Of a stretch of 64,000 nt of DNA, positions 37,001 to 49,000 are shown in pieces (within the stretch, counting starts at the first letter, position 1; each line of letters opens with the position of its first letter). Origin of the DNA: Squalus acanthias (Eukaryota); assembly GCA_030390025.1 (NCBI GenBank), contig CM059432.1, forward strand, positions 47,060,001 to 47,124,000, read 5' to 3'. The notes beneath the pieces were generated by a model. That model ran no database searches, had not been told where the DNA came from, and saw nothing but the letters and a program-made list of their open reading frames with translations. Both the position numbers and the translations under genes were made by a program.

Positions 37001-40000
37001 TATGGGGAAAAAGCTGGGGTGTGGGACTAAATTGGACAGCTCTTTCAAAGAGCTGGCACAGGCATGATGGGCCGATTGGCCTCCTTCTGTGCTGTAAGAT
37101 TCTATGATTCTAGGTGGTTCAGGAATGTTTTGTGCGGCTGAAGTGGGGGGAGCCGTGGGCGGCAGTGGCCTAAATTTTCATTGTGGGGCCTGGAGGAGCA
37201 CTTCTGCTCCTTGTGACCCTATAAAAAATAATTTAAACTTATCTAACAAGGCCTCCACTGGGTGTCCTGCAGCTTCTACTGGTCAGAGTATCCACAGTGG
37301 CCGCTCCGCTCAGTCGATCATTAAAGTAGCCTATCTGAGTGATAGGACACTGATTTGGATATATTTATGAGGCTTCCATCTGAGTCAGCCTCAACCACCT
37401 GGCTTTAAAGTGGGTGATATCAGTGTGGTAAATGGACCGCAGGGAACTTAACTTAATACAAAGGAGGTTTGTTACTCAGGGTGAAGTCCCCCACCCAAAA
37501 TATGTTCTGTGTCCTTGTTACCTTCAGTGCTTCTTCCAAGTGGTGTTTCATCAGCTGAGGGAGGGCGGTAGGTGGTAATCAGCAGGAGCTTTCCTTGCCC
37601 TTGTTTGACCTGAAGCCATGAGACTTCATGGGGTCCGGAGTCAATGTTGAGGACTCCCAGGGCCACTCCCTCCCGACTGTATACCACTGTGCCGCCACCT
37701 CTGGTGAGTCTGTCCTGCTGGTGGGACAGGACATACCCAGGGATGGTGATGCAGGAGTCTGGGACGTTGGCTGAAAGCTATAATTCTTTGAGTATGGCCT
37801 AGAAATTGGAGGTGTTAGTGTCGGCTGTTGAGTCCCGTTTTGGTGTAAAAAATGACGGCTGCTTCCGCCAGTAGCTGCCATTTTCAGCAGGTAGCCAGAG
37901 CTGCTGATGTTTGCGCTCGCTGGGGATATGTAAATTATACAGAGCATCACATACCCAGGGATGGTGATGGAGGAATTTGTCTGAAAGGTATGATTCTGTG
38001 AGTATGACTATGTCAGGCTGTTGCTTGACTAGTCTGTGGGACAGCTCTCCCAATTTTGGCACAAGTCCCCAGATGTTGGTGAGAGAGGACTTTGCAGGGT
38101 TAACTGGGCTGGGTGTGCCGTTGCCGTGTCCATAACCAGTGCCAAGGTCAATCTGGACTCATTCTTATTATTTTGTTTCGTAGCAGTTTGTTACAACTGA
38201 GGCCATTTCAGAGGGCAGTTAAGAATCAACCACATTGCTGTGGGTCTGGAGTCACCTATAGGCCAGACTGGGGTAAGGACAGCAGATTTTCTTCCCTAAA
38301 GGACCTTAGTGAACCAGATGGGTTTTTACAACAATCTGATAGTTTCATGGTTACCATTACTGATACTGGCTTTTTATTCCAGATTTATTTAATTAACTGA
38401 ATTTAAATTCCCGAGCTGCCGTGGTGGGATTTGAACTCATATCTTCTGGATCATTAGTCCAGACCTCTGGATTACTAGCCCAGTGACATTACCACTACGC
38501 TACCATTCCCAATACATTGTTTTCTCTCTGAACAGAGAGAAGCAGGAGAAGCACGCATGTGGCTTTGCCAGGATAGCGGGCTTCTTGATGGTGCAGGGCG
38601 CCATCGTCTGCACCTATGTGGCTTTGTGAGCGCCGTATATCAATCCTGAGATCTTCTGTAACCGCAAAGGCTACCACTCACTTCATGTGCTGTTGTGCAA
38701 CCACGCCCAGTGCATCCTGATGGTCAATGCCCGCTATCCTGTCAGCAATCATGATCCTTTCATCCCGCGTCAATCTGGTGGCTGCTCGGAGACAAGGGTT
38801 ATCCGCTCTACACCTGGCTGATGACTCCCCTCTGCAACCCCACCACTCGTGGCCGGCAATCATATAATGAGAGCCATGCTGCCACCAGGAACATCATCGA
38901 GCAGACCATCGGGCTGCTGAAGCAATGGTTCCGCTGCCTTGGCCGCTCAGGAGGAGCCCTCCAGTACTCGGCGGAGCAGGTGTCCCATTTTCTGGTGGTC
39001 TGCTGCATGCTTCACAACTTGGCCATCATGAGGGCGCAGCACTTGCCAGCAGGGATTGTAGGGCCACCTCAGGAAGGGGACGAGCGAGAGGAGGGGGAGG
39101 AGGAGGAGGAGGAGAAGAGGAAGAGGAGCAAGAGGAACAGGAAGAGGAGGAGGACAAGGAGGAAGAGAGGAGGCAGGCAGTAAATACCCCTTCCGAATGG
39201 GCTGTCCGTGAACACCTCATCAGACTCCGATTCGAGTGAATGAAACCCCAGATCCCCTTTGCTCACCACATCCCCATCAACCACAGCCCCATCATACCAT
39301 CCCTCTGTCACAGAACATCACAATGTCCTCCTGGGCACAAATATGAAATGAGAGCCACCACAAAAGAAACATTCCAAACAAAATTAATACATTTTTAAGT
39401 ATTCAATTAACAATAGAAAATCAACTACTCACCCTTGTGCAATACCTTAGTGCCTGTCGTTCGTGTGCCCTTCCCTACTCTGGTCCTCCTAAGCAGTGCT
39501 CCCCTAGTGGCTGCAGCCTGGCTGGTTGAAGGCTGCTGAGTTTCTGTGAGGGAGACTACAGATAGTCTTGCATGACAATTTCGACCAGCTGTGGACCTAG
39601 AAGGCCCGGCTTTGGACTATACCACCTCGGCATGGAAGGCAGCAGTCTGGGGCAATGGCAGAGTGGCAGTAGTGGGAGTAGGAATGCTGTCATCCTGAGA
39701 GAGGACAACAGGTTCTTGCACCACGGTGCCACTGCCACTTCCCGGGGTGGTGCCTCAGCATTCCTAGCAATCTGTGGGAGGATAGATTGCTGGCCTGCTA
39801 TGACACCCTGCAAGTCCCTTTCCACACTTGTAAACCCAGCCATGATGACAGCAGTCCGAGCTTCCACTGCAGCAGTGAGACGTTAGATCGCTGGAAGCTG
39901 TGACATTGCCCATCACACACAACATCATTGGCTGGGTCCAAAAGGTCTCTCCAGGAGTTGTCCAACATTTCCATCCTGGAAATCATGGGCTCCAAGCTTT

Positions 40001-43000
40001 GCGTAAAGCCCCGTCCAATGTTGGAGCCGGACTCCTCCATGCTCCTTGACACTGGCAAGTGGCTCTCTGGCAGGCTTGCCATTGTGCCGAGGATTTCCGT
40101 GAGCATGTCCATCAGTCTTCTTTTGAAGGCCACCCCATCGAGGTCATCATCTGAGACATGTGCAACAGAACATGTGCGCGAACTCGCCCTCCGGGGAGCT
40201 GACCCCCAAGCTACCCTTTCCCCCTGGCATTGCTGCGGCCCACTCGTGCTCGGTGCCTCACCATGTGCAGATCCCGCATCTATACTACCCTCTAAATTCT
40301 GTGCAGTGCTAGTTTCTGAGCTGGTGTCTGTGCGTGTCAGATGCAGTGATGGTGTGCCATCTTCTTCATCTCCACTCTCCTCCATAACTTCGGGGACAGG
40401 CTGTGCTGGTGGCAGTTCTTGGTCATCTGAAAGCAGAAAGGTGAGCGGTGGCGGGGGGGCGGGTGGAGGGGCGATGAAGCAAGATACCCATGCATACACC
40501 ATCAGCAGCTTGTAAGTGAGAAGAGATTGTGAGATGAGGGGGAAGTGGGATGTGAGAAGTAGGATTAGGAATGACCACATCGTTATTGTCGCCAAGGGCT
40601 TCAACTTCGCCTGTTTTCACAGCCTCAGTGACTTCCCCTCCAATGATGGCGAGCACTGTCTCTTCCACTTGGGTCAAGGCCTGTAAAGCGGCTTGGCCGC
40701 CTCCCATCTGGCGCTGTTCACAGCGGTTGTGACTCACCTTGGCCTACAAGAGAAAGGGAAGTGTGTGAGTGAGTGTGGTGCAATGTGTTTGGGTGGTGTG
40801 CCTGCCATAGTCGAATAGCTGTCAGTGTGTGCAAGGCTTGAGATGTGGGTGTGAGTGTTGCAGCAGTGGTAAATGTGTGAGGGTGAGGTGAGGCTATGAT
40901 TGTGAGGTATGAGTCATGATTGCTAGAGATTGTTGGTAGGTGAGTGCTGGGGGTGTGGTGCATTGAGCAGTGTGTGAGGCTTGTGGTGCAGATGGTGGGA
41001 TATGGCATTTGCTGAAGCCTTCACTCACCTTGACCTGCTGTGTGAGGTCATTAAACTTTTCGGATCCATGTCCGCAGTATGACACTGCTGGCCATGACGT
41101 ACCATGTATCTCTTGCCAGAGCCTTCTGCAAGTGGGCTTTGATGGCTTCCTGCCACCCTGTGGGAACAGGTCACCCTGCCTTCTCTCCGCTGTCACTACC
41201 AATGCTTCGAGAGCTGCATCAGAGATAAGTAAATAGGGAAAAAGCTATTTCTACTGGTCACTCAATTGGTAACTAGAAGCCATAAATGTAAGATTTTTCA
41301 CCAAAGGAATAAAGGGAGAGATTAGGAGAATTTTTTTTAATGCAAATGGTTGTTATAACATGGAATGCCTTCCAGAAACAAAGTTGGAAGCACAATCCAT
41401 AATAGTTTTAAAAGGGAACTGAATTAATATGGTTAATATTAGTCACAGAGTTGTTCTCATAACTTTCTTACTGTAACATTAGTGTTATTTGTAATGTCAT
41501 TGGGGATCATTTTGATTTTGGGCAATGGTGCAAAACGGGCAATATTGGATCAGCCGCCCATAATGGAAATGAAAACCAGGAGAGATGTACAATGGGCAGC
41601 TGATCTGATATCACCCGTTTTACACCATTGCCCAAAGTCAAAATTATCCCCATTGTGTGTGAGCTGAAATCTTGCAAAACCAGTTGGTGTAAAAGATGGG
41701 TTTCCTCGACCTGCAAGTAATCATAGAATCATAGAATGGTTACCGCACAGAAGGAGGCCATTTGGCCTGTCGAGCCCGTGCCGGCTCACTGCAAGAGCAC
41801 TTCAGCTAGTCCCATTCCCTGCCCTTTCCCCATAGTCCTGCAAAATTTTTCCTGCAGGTACTTATCCAATTCCCTTTTAAAAGCCACAATTGAATCTGCC
41901 ACCACCACTCTCTCAGACAGTGCATTCCAGATCCTAACCACTCGCTGTGTAAAAAAGTTTTTCCTCATGTCGCCTTTGGTTCTTCTGCCAATCACCTTAA
42001 ATCTGTGTCCTCTGGTTCTCAACCCTTTCGCCAATGGGAACAGTTTCTCTCTATCTACTCTGTCTAGACCCCTCATGATTTTGAATACCTCTATCAAATC
42101 GCCTCTCAACCTTCTCTGCTCCAAGGAGAACAACCCCAGCTTCCCCAGTCTATCCACATAACTGAAATCCTTCACCCCTGGAACCATTCTTGTAAATCTT
42201 TTCTGCACCCGCTCTAAGGCCTTCACATCCTTCCTAACATGTGGTGCCCAGAATTGGACACAATACTCCAGTTGAGGCCAAACCAGTGTTTTATAAGGGT
42301 TCATCATAACTTTGCTTTTGTACTCTATGGTAGAAAAATTGGGTTGCTTTGCGCCTCCCGTTAGAGCCCCTGGGGAGCGCTAACGGGGCGCAAAGCCCCT
42401 AGCGCCCGGGCGCGGCGCCGCTAATGCCTCCCGTGAAATTCAGCGGGAGGTTAATGGTGGCGGTAGCTGGTAGCGCCCCGTGCAATGACGTCAACGTCAT
42501 GCGCAGCGTCCCGCTCGCGCTCCAGCCGCAAACTTCGGCTGCGCCCCCTGACCTATTGCCGGACGATATGTCGAACAGGGTCAGGGTGCCGTTTGTGCAG
42601 CCGTGATGGCGGGTGCTGGCAGGCGGCCAGAAAAGAAAATGGCCGCCCGGCACCTGCCCCCTTCCCCTCTTTCATTCGGGGTGCCAGCCGCGATCGCTCA
42701 GCCCGGCACCCCTCTTGAGTGCCGGGCTGCTTTCCCGGCACCCCGCTCCCCGGTGATCCAGCAAGGCCTCGATGCACGTAGTGCTATGCCCTTCCCCTTT
42801 AATCAGGGGAGGGAGACCTGCAATACCACGGCGCTACGTGCTGACGCGCATGGCGCTGTTGCACGTAGCGCCACGATATTCAGTGGTAGCACCCCAGGAA
42901 GGGGGGAAGCGCTTCCAGTCGCGCCCCACCTCCTGCTTAGGGTGCTACCACTGAATTTACGGCGCGGGGCGCCCCGGCAAAGTTAGCGCCCCAAAGGGGG

Positions 43001-46000
43001 CACCACCGAACTTTTCCCCCTATGCCTCTATGAAGTCCAGGATCCAGAATGCTTTTTTAACCGCTTTCTCAACGTGCCCTGCCACCTTCAATGATTTGTG
43101 CACATATACCCCCAGGTCTCTCTGTTCATGCACCCCCTTTAGAATTGTACCCTTTAGTTTATATTGCCTCTCCTCGTTCTTCCTACCAAAATGTATCACT
43201 TCGCACTTTTCAGCAGTAAATTTCATCTGCCACGTGTCCGCCCATTCCACCAGCCTGTCTATGTCTTCTTGAAGTCTATCACTATCCTCCTCACTGTTCA
43301 CTACACTTCCAAGTTTTGTGTCATCTGCAAATTTAGAAATTGTGCCCTGTATACCCAAGTCTAAGTCATTAATATATATCAAGAAAAACAGTGGTCCTAG
43401 TACCGACCCCTGGGGAACACCACTGTATACCTTCCTCCAGTCCGAAAAACAACCGTTCACCACTGCTCTCTGTTTCCTGTCACTTAGCCAATTTCATATC
43501 CATGCTGCCACTGTCCCTTTTATTCCATGGGCTTCAACTTTGCTGGGAAGCCTATTCTGTGGCACTTTATCAAATGCCTTTTGGAAGTCCATGTACACCA
43601 CATCAACCGCATTGCCCTAATCAACCCTCTCTGTTACCTCATCAAAAGACTCAATCAAGTTAGTTAAACACGATTTGCCTTAACAAATCCGTGCTGGCTT
43701 GCCTTAATTAATCCACTCTTGTCCAAGTGATTGTTAATTTTGTTCCGGATTATCATTTCTAAAAGGTTCCCCACTACCGAGGTTAAACTGACAGGCCTGC
43801 ATTTGCTGGGTTTATCCTTACACCCTTTTTTGAACAAGGGTGTAACATTTGCAATTCTCCAGTCCTCTGGCATCAGCCCCATATCCAAGGAGGATTGTAA
43901 GATTATGGCCAGTACCTCCGCCAGTACCTCCGCAATCTAAGAGTTAACACACCCGGAGCCCATAAATGATTGACTCTTGGTTAGGTAGTCTCCAAGATCT
44001 GCAAATGAAGAGTACAATGAAACAGCTTGACAATAGAAGATAAAGCAAGCTTACTGCAGAACTTAATGAATGGCCTGAATTTTAATCGGTGGCAGGTTGG
44101 CAGTGAGGGGGGTGCTTGGAAGCAGTCGGGAAACCTGAATTTAATGGCAGGGCCTAATTTGCATGGGAAACCTCTGTTTCCCACTCGCAGCCAGACAGAT
44201 TGAGAGGCTGGCTAGCTGTGGATGAGTAGGCCTGCAGCACTAGGCCGTAGAGAGGAGGGAGGGAGGGATCACGTGGGGGCCAGGGGATGGCCAGAGGAGG
44301 ATCGGGGGGAAGGGTCGGGACCAATCGAAGGGCTGGAGGAGCAGTGGGGGGGTCAGGAACGATCAGAGGGCCGGAGGAGCAGTGGGGAGGGGGGTTGGGA
44401 ACAATCGGGGGCCGGAGCGGCTGATCAGAGGGCCGGAGGAGCTGGGGTGGGGGGGAGGGATGGAGGGGGCGGAACCGAGTGTGCATTGGAGGGCTGGAGG
44501 AGCTGGGGTGGTGGCCGGGTGAGCATTGGAGGAGCGGGGGATGGGGGGAGTGGGTGCAGGTGCGCATCAGAGGGCCGAGAGCAACACGGGGGGACAGAGG
44601 CAGCAGATCGGGGAGCCAGGAGCAGCAGCACAGGGTCCGGAGCAGCATGGGTGGTTGAGGCCTCATTGTGGGTGGGGGGGGAATCGGAGGACAGGGGGGG
44701 GAATCGGAGGCCTCGTGGGGCGTCTGCAATCACGGGGGATGGATTAGGCAGGGAAGCTGGATCCAGGAGGTAAGTGTAAAGGCCCTTACCTCCTGGATCC
44801 AGCAGTCCTCGCCTTACTTTAGCTGGCAGGTTTCACGAGGACTGCAAAACCAGACTAGCCAATGTTAAATTTAAAATGGAGGTTAAATCTGAGGCACACC
44901 AGCCTCATTATAATATTTAAATGGAATACGCACCTTCTGGGAGCGGGTTGGCTTCCCCCCCACCCTGTCCTGCCTCCATTAAAATTGGAAGTAGGCGGGT
45001 TGGAGGCGGGTTCTGGTCAGGATTCTGACTTTAACACTTTAACTTCCCACCCGACCCAAACCCACCCATTTTTTGGGGTTAAAATTCCCCCCAAAATGTC
45101 TGATGGGTCTGCCTTTTTCCTCATTTTCAGATGCGTGATATTATCGGGGCCGCCACTGCAGGGCAGAATTATTACCAAACCTCTGTGGACAACACAATGA
45201 CATACATGAATATGTATTCAGTTTCAAGATACGTGCAAAATCGCGTGCGTAAATGGTATGAATACATATGGGAATCACAAGGCCTGCTGGGTATGTAAGC
45301 TGAGTCCACGCTGTGCTTCCTATTTCAGAATTTCTCTGGCGGCTTCTTTGACATTAAAAAAAACACAATATTTCTTTCAGATGCATCTGAGCTATTGGAA
45401 GATATGCCAACAAAGATGCAGCTGGCCATTGCTATTGATGAAAACTATGCGATCGTCAGCAAAGTTGACCTGTTTAAGGTATGTATGTAAAATGTTAACC
45501 AGTCTGCTAAAAATCAGCATGTGTATATAACAGAGTTTATTATTGCCTTGAGTTGACTGGATTCTGTCTACACTATTAACTATGGGAATCGTGCTAAAAA
45601 GAAGTTCAGATGAATCACTAGATACAGCTTTTAAACTGCAAGTACACTATTGAAAGTATGCTTCAAAATTCTTCTGTGTGTTACTTTTGGGACACTGTTT
45701 CACGTGTTTGCATTAACTTCCTACCTGTGCTATTTTAACATATTTATTAACTCATTTAAAATAATAGTACACATGGAAGTTTGATGCAAACATGTTAACC
45801 AGTCTGCAAAAAAAATCAGCATGTGTACATAACAGAATTTATTAGAGCCAACAATGTTTCACATTGTTTCTCTATTAGTGTGACAGCCATAAACAATACT
45901 TGTTGACTCAGAGCTAGTGCTATATCAACGCAAAAGTAAGAGGCTGCAATATATTTTTCTTGTTGACCCTAATTTTAAAATATTGATATTTTCATCCCTG

Positions 46001-49000
46001 CTATTTTAGTGGAGGCGTTAATCCACATTAATACATCGACTTAAATAGTGGAGAGAGAAATTTCAGACAACACCTTAAATTTTCATACACTGTATTCCAC
46101 TGTATAATTTCAGACCTTGATTTTAACTCCGCCGCCTGCTGTAAACTAGGAGTGGGTACGTGCCCACTCCATTTTAATTGCCACCTACCCCAAATGGTTT
46201 ATGCCAGGCGGGGAAGCAGTTAAAATGGAGCTGAGGACTTACCCACTCCATTTCCACTGACCAACTGCAATTTTATATTGCAGGCGGCAAGGCCATCTGC
46301 CCCAAGCTGGCAGGGTCCTCTTTAAATATGGAGATCGGCCTCTGATGACATCATCGGGCCCAATCTACAATTTAACTTGAGGTCTGAGCAGGGGAGCAGT
46401 GGTGGCTTCCCCGCCAAACCATCCCTACCAGGAGCCAAGCCCAGAATAGTTCCAGTAAAGTAAGTTATTTATTGTGTTTTTTAAGCTTCCTTGGGGATCA
46501 GGAGTCCTTGAGGATCCACGGGACCCACATGGAAACTTAGGGCTTCCCCCTACTCCGGTATTCCCCCACCCCCACCTATCCACTTACCTTAGTTCCAGGG
46601 ACCATTCTCTCTGGTCCCCGGCAGCCTCCTCTGACCTCCACGATTTAACCAGCTGCTCCCAAAGACTTACTGGCCGTTTTGGTTGGGAAGAAGACAAGCA
46701 AATGAAGCCCAGCTATTAAAATCAGCTGAGCCTGCCTGCTACTGCTCCAGGACAGACACACTGCTCACTTTGCTGCAGTCCTGCTCAGAAGTAAGAATCA
46801 AGGCCATAATCTTCCTGCATTAAGATAGAAAGCCTAGTATACACAGATAATGCTAGAAGAAAAGGCAAACAACAGAATTGCAATTATCACAAAGACTTAT
46901 GAAAGCCTAAGAGGAAATAGAAAAAAAAACAACAAAAAATTTAGAAAATCAGTGCTGAAATGTACTAAAAACTGTTCACTTAATAATACTATTGTTGAGG
47001 CTGCCGCGAAACACGAATTAAGACTGAATCCATGTGTGAGAAAACAAAGGCTTTTTAATACCGCTGCATGGTCCAAAAAGGCTGAAAACTGCTCCCAGAA
47101 TTCTCTGGAAAAATCCTGAGGCCCCGCCCACTCCTTTTCTCCTGCCTTAAAGGCAAGGTGCTCGATATATTGTCCACGGACGGAAAAGTGGATTAAGGCC
47201 TTTTAGGTGGCGATCCGCCACACAGCTCCCCCCAGAATCCGCTTAGGAGGTGTGGACGAGACGGTGCGGCGGTCTGATGGGCCGGCCGGAGCAGCTCTTG
47301 TAGGACGCCGGTGGACGTGGAACAGCCGGGTGAACCGGCTTGAGGGCAGGTCGGCCGCATGGTGGTGGACGAGCTACAGGGACCTGCTCACCGGGCTCCG
47401 AGTGTGCTGGCTTGAGTCGGTCAAACGACACTTTTTCGGTCCTGTCGCCCACTTGCAGGGTGAAAAATTTGTCCCCAGCCTGTAGCACCTTGTAGGACCC
47501 GTCGTACGGGGGTTGAAGGGGACCGTAGTGGGCGTCGTGCCGGACGAAAACGAACCGTGCCTGGTGCAGGCTTAGTGGGACGTGTGAGGTGGATTCGCCG
47601 TGTCGGGCAATGGGCACCGGGGCAAACTGCAGCGCCGGTGAGGCGAAGTCGAGGCGTTGCTGGTCGGCTGACCAGGGTGTCGTGGCAGTGGGCAGGAACT
47701 CGCCAGGTACGCGTAGCGGCTGACTGTACCCGAGCTCTGCTGCCGATGCGTGGAGGTCTTCTTTAACCGCGGTGCGCAGGCCGAGGAGGACCCACGGAAG
47801 TCGGTCGGTCCAGGCGCCGTCCTGGAGGCTGGCTCGAAGAGATGCCTTCAAGGATCTGTGGAACCGCTCACACAGTCCGTTGGCTTGGGGGTGGTACGCT
47901 GTGGTGCAGTGAATGGTCACCCCGAGATTGCGTGCGACGGCGGTCCAGAGTTCAGAGGTAAATTGCGGACCTCTGTCCGACGTCATGTCGGAGGGGACGC
48001 CGAACCGTGCGACCCAGGTGCTGACGAAGGCTCTGGCGATGTCGGTGGTGGTGGTAGAGGTCAGTGGAATTGCCTCGGGACAGTGCGTGGTGCGGTCAAC
48101 GATCGTCAGCAAGTGCGTGTGGCCTTGCGACGGCGGCAGGGGCCTGACGATGTCCACGTGGATGTGGTCGAATCTCCGCGAGGGGACGGTAAACTCCTCG
48201 AGGGGTGCTTTCGTGTGTTGCTGTACCTTGGCCCGTTGGCAGGCTAGGCAGGAGTTGGCCCAAGTACGCACATCCTTGCGAAGGCCGCGCCAGACAAAGC
48301 GGTTGGCTACCAATTTGATGGATGCGCGGGCGCCGGGGTGGGAGAGGTTATGGAGAATGTTGAATACTCGGTGGCGCCAGGACGCTGGGACGACGGGCCG
48401 AGGTTGACATAGGGATATGTCGCACTTGACCGTGACTGCGGTCGGGCCACAGGCGACGTCGGCCAGGCATAGCCCTGGTAGGTTGGTAGGTGCGGAGAGC
48501 AGATCAGGGTCGGTGATCTGGTCTGCTGCGAGTTGAGTGTAGTCGACTGCCAGGTGTGCGGCGTGGATGGCGGGGCGGGAGAGGCAGTCAGCTACCACAT
48601 TGTCTCGGCCGGAGACGTGTTGGATGTCCGTGGTGAACTCGGACACTGCCGCGAGCTGGCGCTGCTGCCTGGCGGACCAGGGGTCGGTTGTCTTTGCCAT
48701 TGCGAATGTCAGGGGCTTGTGGTCGACAAACGCAGTGAGGGGGTGGCCCTCAAGCAAAAAACGAAAATGGCGGACTGCCAGGAACAGCGCGAGGAGCTCG
48801 CGGTCGAAGGTGCTGTGCTTGACCTCCGGGGGGCGTAGTTGGCAGCTGAAGAAGGCAAGTGGTTGCCAGGCGCCGTCGACCCACTGCTCATACACGGTGC
48901 CGACCGCGTGGTCGGAGGCGTCCGTGGTGAGCGCTACCCTGGCATTGGGCCGTGGGTGCGTGAGCAGGGTGGCGTTGGCAAGCGCGGTCTTGGTGGAGTC

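Noticed and set aside
44154..44773. Pro-rich and Gly-rich ORFs of 183-191 aa
   Set aside because: Low-complexity G-rich interior of a MITE-like repeat.
45490..45845. About 55-bp direct duplication (atgttaaccagtctgc...tttatta) after the exon 13 equivalent
   Set aside because: Intronic local duplication that includes no exon or splice site.
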